From: Bacillota bacterium | GTDB lineage: Bacteria; Bacillota; Desulfitisporia; Desulfitisporales; JAWSUQ01 | Assembly: GCA_033549265.1 (NCBI GenBank) | Contig: JAWSUQ010000001.1 | Location: 1-29,198 of the forward strand | DNA length: 29,198 bases | Reading direction: 5' to 3' | Part shown: piece by piece, positions 1 through 8,506 of the stretch | Layout of the letters: each line of letters begins with the position of its first letter | Numbering within the stretch: position 1 is the first letter of the stretch | The notes under the pieces: generated by a model | Database searches by the model: none | The model's input: only the letters and a program-made list of their open reading frames with translations | Told to the model about the DNA's origin: nothing | Made by a program: the position numbers and the translations under genes

Positions 1-2
1 AA

Positions 3-509
3 ATGCTTTCACCGGTATTAGCCTTTACTGCTGAAGAGGTTTGGGGATACCTACCGCAGCAAAACAAGGCTGACAGTGTTCAGCTGGCAGGCTGGCCTAC
101 TGTTAATCAGGAGTATATCGATGGGCAACTGGAGGAAAGATGGGAGAAGATAATAGATCTTAGGGATGAGGTTTCCAAAACCCTAGAAAAAGCCCGTCGA
201 GATAAGGTAATAGGACATTCTTTAGATGCTCAAGTTAATCTCTATCTTGACCAAGAACTGTTTGATTTTCTCAAGAATTTCCCTGAAAAATTAGATACTA
301 TTTTCATTGTTTCAAAAGTGGAGCTGCTCCAAGGAGCCACTTCTACTCCAGAGGGCACTGTTGATTCTACAGAATATAAAGGATTAAAAATTCAAGTAGT
401 TAAAGCACCTGGTAGCAAATGCGAGCGATGCTGGAAATACTGCGAAACAGTAGGTCAAAGTCAAGTACATCCGCAAATCTGTTCAGTCTGTGAAACAAAC
501 CTAAAGTAA
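3..509 (+). CDS. ileS: Isoleucyl-tRNA synthetase, C-terminal part (5' end outside window)
   Basis: PVLAFTAEEVW anticodon-domain segment, IGHSLDA, and C-terminal zinc finger KCERCW...CSVC typical of type-1 IleRS; the ATG at 3 is internal. Confidence 0.97.
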   Translation: MLSPVLAFTAEEVWGYLPQQNKADSVQLAGWPTVNQEYIDGQLEERWEKIIDLRDEVSKTLEKARRDKVIGHSLDAQVNLYLDQELFDFLKNFPEKLDTIFIVSKVELLQGATSTPEGTVDSTEYKGLKIQVVKAPGSKCERCWKYCETVGQSQVHPQICSVCETNLK

Positions 510-511
510 CT

Positions 512-553
512 AAAAGAGATAACAAAGCATAATTGCTCTGTTATCTCTTTTTT
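512..553 (+). terminator. Intrinsic terminator after ileS
   Basis: AGAGATAACA-a-AGCA/TAAT/TGCT-c-TGTTATCTCT hairpin followed by T run, just after the stop codon. Confidence 0.88.
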
Positions 554-669
554 GGTCATGCCATATTTTAATTGTTTCATTAAGTATAAAAATGGTGTAG
601 AATAAGGTGGAACAATTGTGATTACTATTACGAAAAATGATTTGGGTCAATAGAATGGAGCTGATGATA

Positions 670-2157
670 ATGTTATTAAACTCTATAGTAAAAGAGCTAG
701 ACTTTGTAATAATTCAGGGGAATATAAATAGAGAAGTAAGCTCGATTGCCTATGACTCTAGAGAAGTTATATATAATAGTATTTTTGTGGCAATAACAGG
801 TTTTACAGTTGATGGTCATAATTATATTGAGAAAGCAATTGAAAAGGGTGCAACTACAATAGTTGTAGAAAAGGATATTGATATAGATGAAAATATCACT
901 GTTCTTAAGGTTAAGAGTTCTAGAAAAGCGCTAGCTTTAATATCTGCAAATTATTTTAGCAATCCTACCGAAAAGTTGAACCTAATAGGTATAACTGGAA
1001 CTAATGGGAAGACATCCACCACCTATTTTATTAAATCTATTTTGGATTATGCTAATAAAGCTACGGGTATTATCGGTACAATCGGAACTGTAATCGATAA
1101 CAAGCTAATTAAGACTAAAAATACTACGCCAGAATCTCTAAATCTACAGCAAATCTTCTCTGAAATGGTAGAGGCAGATACAGAAAATTGTATTATGGAA
1201 GTATCATCCCATGCCTTAAGCCTTAGTAGAGTGGCTTACTGTAGCTTTAATACCGGCATATTTACTAATCTTTCTCCGGATCATCTAGAGCTTCATAAAA
1301 CTATGGAAGAATACTTTAATGCCAAAGCGCAATTATTTGAGTTGACTACAGACTACAATATTGTCAATATTGACGATGAATACGGCAAAAAACTAGCGGC
1401 AAGAATCAAAAACTATGATGCAAAATTAGTTACATTTGGCATAGAAGACGCCAGTGCAGATATATATGCAACTAAGATTTCCTGTCAAGCTGATAATACA
1501 ACCTATGTAGCCCATACTCCTAAGGGAAGTGTGAAGATTAAAGTTAAGCTCCCAGGTATTATTAATGTATATAACAGCTTAGCTGCTATTGCATGTGCTT
1601 ATTGTAATAATATTAGTTTACAGGATATAAAAGAAGGCATTAATGGGCTAGAACGCATTAAAGGAAGATTTGAAACAGTATATCAAGATAATGATTATAA
1701 GGTTATAGTGGACTTTGCCCATACTGAAGACGGATTGGAAAAAGCTCTTACTACTATTAAGCCCTTTGCCAAAGGGAGAATTATTTTAGTATTTGGCGTA
1801 TATGCCGCTGCTGGAGAAATGGGCAAGGAAAAACGTAGATCAATGGGTAAGGTTGCGGTTAAATATGCAGATTTTGCTGTAGTAACGTCGGACAACCCTA
1901 AGGACCAAGACCCTAATTTGATTATTAGGGATATAGTAGAGGCCATAGAGGAAGAGGGCGGTAGCTATCAAGCAATAATTGATAGAAGAGAAGCAATCAA
2001 CTTTGCCATTAATCTTAGTAAAAAAGGCGATATTATTCTCATAACAGGTAAAGGCCATGAGACCTCCCAAATAATAGGCAAGGAAGAAATACCCTTTAGT
2101 GAAGCAGAAATTGTAAACGAAATAATGCAGAAGGCTAAAGAATTAAGAATTAGTTAA
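670..2157 (+). CDS. murE: MurE-family UDP-MurNAc-dipeptide:amino acid ligase with atypical specificity pocket
   Basis: DSR, GFTVDGH, P-loop GITGTNGKTST, NTTPES, MEVSSHAL, FTNLSPDHL, DFAHT, SDNPK, GKGHE; start placed at ATG 670 (GGAG at 657-660) rather than 637. Confidence 0.9.
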   Translation: MLLNSIVKELDFVIIQGNINREVSSIAYDSREVIYNSIFVAITGFTVDGHNYIEKAIEKGATTIVVEKDIDIDENITVLKVKSSRKALALISANYFSNPTEKLNLIGITGTNGKTSTTYFIKSILDYANKATGIIGTIGTVIDNKLIKTKNTTPESLNLQQIFSEMVEADTENCIMEVSSHALSLSRVAYCSFNTGIFTNLSPDHLELHKTMEEYFNAKAQLFELTTDYNIVNIDDEYGKKLAARIKNYDAKLVTFGIEDASADIYATKISCQADNTTYVAHTPKGSVKIKVKLPGIINVYNSLAAIACAYCNNISLQDIKEGINGLERIKGRFETVYQDNDYKVIVDFAHTEDGLEKALTTIKPFAKGRIILVFGVYAAAGEMGKEKRRSMGKVAVKYADFAVVTSDNPKDQDPNLIIRDIVEAIEEEGGSYQAIIDRREAINFAINLSKKGDIILITGKGHETSQIIGKEEIPFSEAEIVNEIMQKAKELRIS

Positions 2158-2198
2158 TAATCTAGATTAATCATACACTATCACGAGAGGTGACTTAA

Positions 2199-4037
2199 AT
2201 GTGCGGATTTGTGGGCTTTGCTGACGCTAACTTAGAAATAGATAAGATGAAAACAATTGAAAGCATGATGAACACAATAATTCATAGGGGCCCTGATAGC
2301 GGAGGGGTATATTCAGATGAAAAGGTAACTTTAGGATTTAGACGGCTGATGATTATAGATCTATCGGAAGATGCAAGCCAACCAATGTATAATGAAGACA
2401 AAAGCTGTGTTTTGGTTTTCAATGGGGAAATATACAACTATCAGGAATTAAGAGCAGATTTAATTGCTAAAGGGCATGTTTTTGTTAGTAATAGTGATAG
2501 TGAAGTAATTCTACACGGTTACGAAGAGTATGGCGTGGAACTGCTGCAAAAGGTAAGGGGAATGTTCGCATTTGCTATTTGGGATACAAACAGCGAATCA
2601 ATGCTTTTAGCCAGGGATTTTTTTGGTATAAAACCATTGTACTATTCTCAGAATACAGTAGACAACTCCCTTATCTTTGGCTCAGAAATTAAATCATTTT
2701 TGAAGCAACCAGCCTTTAAAAAAGAGCTAAATAAAAATGCCTTAAGGCCCTATTTAACCTTTCAATATTCAGTACTAGACGAAACCTTTTTCAAAGGTGT
2801 GTATAAATTAAAGCCTGGTCACTATATGCTGTACAAAAAAGGCCAGCTAGAACTTAAGCGCTACTGGGAATCCAGGTTTGATGAAGAGGGTAATAGCTTA
2901 GAGTATTATGTAGAGCAAATTAAACAAACTATGAGGGAATCGGTTAATTATCATAAAATTAGTGATGTCAAAGTAGGCTCATTTTTATCAGGAGGCATAG
3001 ACTCCAGTTATATTACCGCATTACTAATGCCAAATAAGACTTTTTCGGTGGGTTTTCACGACTATGAAGCAATGTTTAACGAAACTAAATTGGCTAAAGA
3101 ATTATCGGATATCTTAAAAATAGAAAATAATAGGTATATTATTAGCGCAGATGATTGCTTTGAAAAGTTGCCAACTATTTTATATCATATGGATGAGCCC
3201 CAATCAAATCCTTCTGCAGTCCCGTTATACTTTTTGGCAGGACTTGCTAGTGAATATGTAACAGTAGTGTTGTCCGGTGAAGGTGCCGATGAAATATTTG
3301 GAGGGTACCCTTGGTATCAAAACTCGAAATTAATGGCAAAATATGAGAAAATTCCTTTTGCGATTCGCCGCCCTATTTCTTTATTATGTCAAAGACTGCC
3401 AAAAAACAAATTCACTGGATTTTTGGAAAAGGGCGGGAAAAGGGTGGAAGAGAAATTTATTGGGGAAGCCAAGGTGTTTGAGGAAAATGATGCTCTCTCC
3501 GTTTTGAAAGATGAATATAAAAAAGGTCCCTCTGTCCAAAGTATTACTAAAAAAGTATACGATGAAGTAAAGGGTGAGGATGACGTTACTAAAATGCAGT
3601 ATCTTGACATAAACTTATGGCTTCCTGGAGATATTCTTTTGAAAGCTGATAAAATGAGTATGGCCCATTCCCTTGAATTAAGAGTCCCGTTCCTAGATAA
3701 AGAAGTAATGTCATTAGCATCCCGGATACCAAGTGAACAGAGAGTTAACAGTATAAATACCAAGTATGCCTTAAGAATTGCGGCAAATGAAACATTGCCA
3801 GATGAGTGGGCAAAAAGACCAAAACTAGGCTTTCCAGTACCTATTAGATATTGGATGCGGGAGCAGAAATACTATGATATGATTAAGGAAATGTTTCAAT
3901 CAGAAATGGCTAAAGAGTTCTTTAATACTGAGGAGCTTGTTAGATATCTAGATGAGCATTATACCAGCAAAAAAAATTATGCAAGGTATATTTGGACAGT
4001 GTATGTTTTTCTTGTATGGTACAAAAAGTTTTTTTAG
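2199..4037 (+). CDS. asnB: Asparagine synthase-like glutamine amidotransferase (AsnB/AsnH family), likely peptidoglycan amidase-forming enzyme
   Basis: N-terminal MCG nucleophile, HRGPD, NGEIYN, SGGIDSS, SGEGADEIFGGY, SLELRVPFLD, KLGFPVP; GAGGTG RBS. Confidence 0.93.
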   Translation: MCGFVGFADANLEIDKMKTIESMMNTIIHRGPDSGGVYSDEKVTLGFRRLMIIDLSEDASQPMYNEDKSCVLVFNGEIYNYQELRADLIAKGHVFVSNSDSEVILHGYEEYGVELLQKVRGMFAFAIWDTNSESMLLARDFFGIKPLYYSQNTVDNSLIFGSEIKSFLKQPAFKKELNKNALRPYLTFQYSVLDETFFKGVYKLKPGHYMLYKKGQLELKRYWESRFDEEGNSLEYYVEQIKQTMRESVNYHKISDVKVGSFLSGGIDSSYITALLMPNKTFSVGFHDYEAMFNETKLAKELSDILKIENNRYIISADDCFEKLPTILYHMDEPQSNPSAVPLYFLAGLASEYVTVVLSGEGADEIFGGYPWYQNSKLMAKYEKIPFAIRRPISLLCQRLPKNKFTGFLEKGGKRVEEKFIGEAKVFEENDALSVLKDEYKKGPSVQSITKKVYDEVKGEDDVTKMQYLDINLWLPGDILLKADKMSMAHSLELRVPFLDKEVMSLASRIPSEQRVNSINTKYALRIAANETLPDEWAKRPKLGFPVPIRYWMREQKYYDMIKEMFQSEMAKEFFNTEELVRYLDEHYTSKKNYARYIWTVYVFLVWYKKFF

Positions 4038-4062
4038 AAACCAATGGAGTTGAAGATATTTC

Positions 4063-5292
4063 ATGAAAAAGTTAGACTTTGTTCCAGTAATACTAGGTAG
4101 CGATGTTAATGCCTACGGCATGGCAAAATCATTTCATCAGCAATATGGTGTAAAAAGCGTGGCTGTTGGTAAAGCACAACTTTTTGCTACCAACTATTCT
4201 AAAATAATAACAGTTGATGTGTGTGATGATTTTGATCATCCCGATGTTTTTGTTCCTAAGCTTATTTCTGTTGCAAAAGAGCTAAAAAAGACCACAGCTA
4301 AACTTGTCCTAATTGCTAGCAGTGACAATTACGTAGAGCTTATCGTCAGAAATAAGGAGGTATTAGCAGAGTATTATGTTACTCCTTTTGTTGATGAAGA
4401 TTTATTGAATTGCTTAATATATAAAGAGAAGTTTTATGAAACCTGTGACAAGCATAATTTAGATTACCCTAAGACTGTTATTTGCACTAAGGAAAATAAA
4501 GATCAACTTCAGTTACCATTTGAATTTCCGGTAGTTGTGAAGCCATCAGATAGCTTGTTATATGCTAACTGTTCCTTTGCTGGCAAAAAAAAGGCTTATG
4601 TTCTACAGGATAAAAAGGGCTTTAAAGAAGTTATAAATAAAATATATTCCACTAGCTATGATAAAAATTTGATTATTCAAGAGTATATTCCAGGCGACGA
4701 TACTGCAATGCGAGTTCTAAACTGTTATTGCGGACAAGATAAAAAAGTAAAAATGATGTGTCTTGGTAGGCCGCTTTTAGAAGATTATACTCCAGTATTA
4801 ATTGGCAACTATACCGCAATTATTAATGAGTATAATGAAGAAATTTATAGTAAGTACAAGGATTTTTTAGAACAGATTGGTTACATTGGCTATGCTAATA
4901 TTGATATGAAATACGATGAACGAGATGGAAAATATAAAGTGTTTGAAATAAATTTGCGGCAAGGAAGAAGCAGCTACTTTGTCACTGGAAGTGGATATAA
5001 CTTAGCTAAATATTTAGTAGAAGATTATGTATACAACGGCGGCTCGTCAGAGTTAGTTTTGGGAAGAAATGAATCTCTTTGGTTAGGAATACCTAAGGGG
5101 GTATTGCTCAAATACCTTGAAGATGAAGAGCTTAAAGCTTACGTGCAAAAACTTATAAAACAAAAGAAATACTGCTATACCTTATACTACAATAAGGATT
5201 TTAACCTCATAAGATATCTAAAAAATAGCTTGTATTATCAAGCCTATCACAAAAGATATGCCCAATACTTTAAAAACAGAGATATTGACTAA
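4063..5292 (+). CDS. asl: ATP-grasp D-aspartate ligase (Asl/YxbA family)
   Basis: PVILGSDVNAYGMAKSF, FPVVVKP, IIQEYIPGDDTAMRVLNCY, MMCLGRPLLED, DMKYDERDG, FEINLRQGRSSYF closely match my recall of Enterococcus faecium Aslfm. Confidence 0.88.
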   Translation: MKKLDFVPVILGSDVNAYGMAKSFHQQYGVKSVAVGKAQLFATNYSKIITVDVCDDFDHPDVFVPKLISVAKELKKTTAKLVLIASSDNYVELIVRNKEVLAEYYVTPFVDEDLLNCLIYKEKFYETCDKHNLDYPKTVICTKENKDQLQLPFEFPVVVKPSDSLLYANCSFAGKKKAYVLQDKKGFKEVINKIYSTSYDKNLIIQEYIPGDDTAMRVLNCYCGQDKKVKMMCLGRPLLEDYTPVLIGNYTAIINEYNEEIYSKYKDFLEQIGYIGYANIDMKYDERDGKYKVFEINLRQGRSSYFVTGSGYNLAKYLVEDYVYNGGSSELVLGRNESLWLGIPKGVLLKYLEDEELKAYVQKLIKQKKYCYTLYYNKDFNLIRYLKNSLYYQAYHKRYAQYFKNRDID

Positions 5293-5356
5293 TTTTCTTT
5301 CTTTAGCTAAACAGCAACTGACAAAAGTTGACTTAAGTTTCGGAGGGGGGATTATC

Positions 5357-6439
5357 GTGCCACTTTTAGACAAGACAAATATTGAAAAAGTAGAAAAGTA
5401 TAATAATTTCGTGAGAAAATCAGAATTTGCATCTGCAACCCAAGATATCAATTGGTCATTAGTTAAGAAAGATTGGGATAATGAACAGGTCTTTATTGAA
5501 CAAGATGGTAAAATTGTTGCAGCTATGTCACTGCTAATAAAAAGAGTTTTGGGCAACTATGCTATGATATATGTTCCGAGAGGTCCTGTATGTGACATTT
5601 ACAATAAAGATTTAGTGAATGAGCTGGTCCTAGAGGTGCAGCCAGTGGCCCATAAGTATAATGCCTTTATGCTGAGGTTTGATCCAGAGGTAAATTATGA
5701 TAAAAGCCTTGGCGAAATGTATGGGGAATTAGGTTTTATAGTAAGAAACCTGGGACTTAGCAAGGACGACTTTATCCAGCCAAGATATAATATGGTTTTA
5801 GATATAGAAAATTTAGATGAAGATGGGGTCTTGAAAAAGTTTAGCAAGAAAACGCGGTATAACATTGGTTTGGCATCCCGCAAGGGCGTTATTGTTAATT
5901 ATTATAATAGTGATGAGGCATTAGAAATATTTTATGAGTTGCATGAAATTATGGGGAAAAGAAATAAGATAGCCATTAGGCCCCTTCAGTATTTTAAAGA
6001 TATGAGGGTTGCCTTTGGCCAGCAATTGAGAATATATATAACAGAGCATGAGGGAGACTATTTATCTGCGGCAATAGCTATTAGCTATGGAAAAAAAGTT
6101 TGGTATATTTACGGTGCCAGCTCCAACGAAAAAAGAAATTTTATGCCTAACTATATTATGCAATGGGAAATGATTAAGTGGGCTTTGGAACAAGGCGCCA
6201 CTAAATATGATTTTGGCGGGGTTTTTGAGCTGAACCATAGCGACGGTTTGTATAAATTTAAAGAGGGATTTTGTTACACTGACGGTGCTACAGAGCTGAT
6301 TGGAGAATTTGACAAGGTATACAAACCCTTAGTTTATTACTCTTTCACCAAATTAGTACCGAAAGTCCAAAAATTGAGGAAGAGCTTAAATACAGTAAAA
6401 TGCTTAGGTAGAGGAGGAAAGAATGAGAAGGATAGTTAG
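5357..6439 (+). CDS. femX: FemABX-family aminoacyl-tRNA-dependent peptidoglycan bridge transferase (short FemX type, no coiled coil)
   Basis: TQDINW..VK..W, IVAAMSLL, YVPRGPV, LRFDPEV, IQPRYNMVLD, WYIYGASS, YDFGG, LYKFKEGF, IGEFD; start moved to GTG 5357 behind GGAGGGGGG RBS, giving MPLL... like the N-terminus of Weissella FemX as recalled. Confidence 0.9.
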   Translation: MPLLDKTNIEKVEKYNNFVRKSEFASATQDINWSLVKKDWDNEQVFIEQDGKIVAAMSLLIKRVLGNYAMIYVPRGPVCDIYNKDLVNELVLEVQPVAHKYNAFMLRFDPEVNYDKSLGEMYGELGFIVRNLGLSKDDFIQPRYNMVLDIENLDEDGVLKKFSKKTRYNIGLASRKGVIVNYYNSDEALEIFYELHEIMGKRNKIAIRPLQYFKDMRVAFGQQLRIYITEHEGDYLSAAIAISYGKKVWYIYGASSNEKRNFMPNYIMQWEMIKWALEQGATKYDFGGVFELNHSDGLYKFKEGFCYTDGATELIGEFDKVYKPLVYYSFTKLVPKVQKLRKSLNTVKCLGRGGKNEKDS

Positions 6440-7483
6440 ATTTGTTTTTTTTTGCTCATAATCATCCTTCTATTTATGGGAGGTAGGACTGTTACTGATG
6501 TGCTTTTGATGACAAAGCAAGGTGTTATCACTGTTGTTAGTATTGATGCTATTAGCCAGTTGCCTATCAAAAATGTAGAATATCTAATTATTGATTATGA
6601 CACTCATGAGCTGGTGGAAAAGCTGAGCACTAATGAAAATGGCAGTGCAACCTCAAGCTTGCTGGACTATGGAAAAACATATGTCATCAGGCAACATAGG
6701 GTGAAGCCACCTTATGATTATTCAAAAGAAGTTGAACAATTACTTACAATCGATAATGAGATTCACCATTTCATAGCAGAACATAGCTGGCTAGACTATA
6801 TTAAAGAAGTTAGTCGTACTGCAGATGGGGAACTTATTATTAGAGAAGTATATATACCGGTCCCAACTATATTGCAAAAGCCGGAACTGCCAAACGGTTG
6901 TGAGATTACTTCCTTAACAGCTGTATTAAATTATTATGGCTACAGTGTCACAAAAACTGAGATGTCAGATGACTTTTTGCCAAAGCAACCTTTTGTTTAT
7001 CGAGATGGTAAATTATATGGTGCTGACCCTTATTTGGCATACTCTGGCAATCCAAGAAATAGCTATGGCACTGGTTCAGCAAATTACGGCGGGTGGTTTA
7101 CTTATCCTCCTCCAGTAATTGAAGCTGCTAAAAAGTACATTATGAGCAGCGAAGGTGTACATAGTGCTGTAGATATATCTGGAAGTGACCCGGAAGATAT
7201 TATAGAGCTATTAAATCAGGGTATTCCTGTGGTGACTTGGATGACATTAGACTTGGATGAGCCAAGATTTTTGGGCTACTCATGGTATTTACATGATAGT
7301 GAAATAATATTTAATCCACCGGTGAATCTTCATGCTACAGTTATAAATGGGTATGTGGATGATAGATTGCATGTAATGGATCCATTAAAGGGACAAGTTA
7401 TTTATGATGCCAATACATTTTTTAATAGCTATGATGCCTTGGGAAGTCATGCTATGATAGTTGTCAATCAAATACATGATTAA
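6423..7483 (+). CDS. Membrane-anchored C39-like (Peptidase_C39_2) cysteine peptidase with SpaA/prealbumin-like Ig domain; reading frame broken at T9 tract 6445-6453
   Basis: QKPELPNGCEITS (Gln, Cys), NLHATV (His), VMDP (Asp); TNENG...L.YG.TY Ig-like pattern; AGAGGAGG RBS before ATG 6423 whose frame stops at TAA 6459-6461, while the long ORF continues from 6452. Confidence 0.78.
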
Positions 7484-7495
7484 GAAGGTGCAGCA

Positions 7496-8221
7496 ATGGA
7501 ACACAAACTATTAGGAATTTTAGGTGGAATGGGACCTAAGGCTACCTCAGTTTTTTTTGATAAAATTATAGAATATACAATTTCTAAGCGGGATCAGGAT
7601 CATATTGATATTCTAATCCTTAATCATGCTACATTGCCTGATAGGACTAGTACTATTCTAGAGCATAGAGAAGAACAATTTTTAGAATTAATTGAGAAGG
7701 ATATTAGGCTTTTTGAGCTGGCAGGAGTCTCGAATATTGCTATACCTTGCAATACTACACATTTTTTTCACAGCAAGATGCAGGAAATGACAGAAATAAA
7801 TATAATTAATATGGTAAATGAAACAATTAAAGAGATATACGCGAAATATGGCGAGAGTAGTAAAATTGGCATCTTGGCAACTAATGGTACCATCAACAGT
7901 GGAGTATATAGTGAGGAGTGCAAAAAATACAATCTGGAGTTACATGTTCCGGAAGAAGCGATGCAAGAAAAAGTTATGAAAATAATTTATGAGGATGTAA
8001 AAGGCGATTTAGATGCTGACCCTACTGAGCTAGAAGCAATCATAAATGAACTTGTTTATAAAGAAAATTGTGTTTGTGTTATATTAGCATGTACTGAATT
8101 ATCTTGTATCCAAATAAGCTATAAAACAAAAAAATATTGTATCGATGCCATGGAGGTACTAATCAAGAAATCTATAATATTATCTGGCAAGAAGTATGGA
8201 AAAGAACTAGAGTCTAGATAA
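7496..8221 (+). CDS. racD: Aspartate racemase (cofactor-independent Asp/Glu racemase family)
   Basis: LGILGGMGPKAT, DQDHI, both catalytic cysteines in IPCNTTH and LACTELS, GILATNGT. Confidence 0.9.
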   Translation: MEHKLLGILGGMGPKATSVFFDKIIEYTISKRDQDHIDILILNHATLPDRTSTILEHREEQFLELIEKDIRLFELAGVSNIAIPCNTTHFFHSKMQEMTEINIINMVNETIKEIYAKYGESSKIGILATNGTINSGVYSEECKKYNLELHVPEEAMQEKVMKIIYEDVKGDLDADPTELEAIINELVYKENCVCVILACTELSCIQISYKTKKYCIDAMEVLIKKSIILSGKKYGKELESR

Positions 8222-8262
8222 GGAGCAGGCAGACTAAGCACATACTTAAGGGGGATGTATGT

Positions 8263-8475
8263 ATGACAATAAAGACTAACAAGTTCGAGGAATTTCTATC
8301 AGAATCCTTTTTTGATGGTTTAAAGCATAGAGAACTAAGACTATCTGATGAAGAAGTGAAATATATTCAAAGAGAATATCCAAAATCAATATTAAAGAGA
8401 ATACAAACAAACCAATATTTAGATGGTAAAACTTGGTATAATGTTAAATTAATTAGTGATAAACCTAATCTGTAA
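8263..8475 (+). CDS. Hypothetical 70-aa protein
   Basis: AAGGGGGA RBS, co-oriented and tightly spaced within the operon; no motif recognised. Confidence 0.7.
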   Translation: MTIKTNKFEEFLSESFFDGLKHRELRLSDEEVKYIQREYPKSILKRIQTNQYLDGKTWYNVKLISDKPNL

Positions 8476-8506
8476 TACTAATTAGCTTCAGTGGTGGTGG
8501 AACCTA

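Noticed and set aside
575-603. Possible sigma-A promoter TTTCAT-17-TAGAAT for murE
   Set aside because: -35 matches only 2 of 6 and no properly spaced extended -10; too weak to call
2158-2169. 12-bp palindrome TAATCTAGATTA after murE stop
   Set aside because: Short and AT-rich, expected by chance; no loop or T tail for a terminator
5258-5356. N-terminal extension of the femX ORF overlapping asl
   Set aside because: No RBS for ATG 5258; strong RBS before GTG 5357 and homology begins there
6936-7118. 60-aa same-strand alternate-frame ORF inside the C39 gene
   Set aside because: No RBS or motif; overlaps the catalytic domain coding region
670-8221. Alternative reading of the operon as a vancomycin resistance cluster or an ATP-grasp natural product pathway
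   Set aside because: No D-Ala-D-Lac/Ser ligase, VanH/X/Y, two-component system, precursor peptide or exporter; each enzyme has a direct peptidoglycan-pathway counterpart
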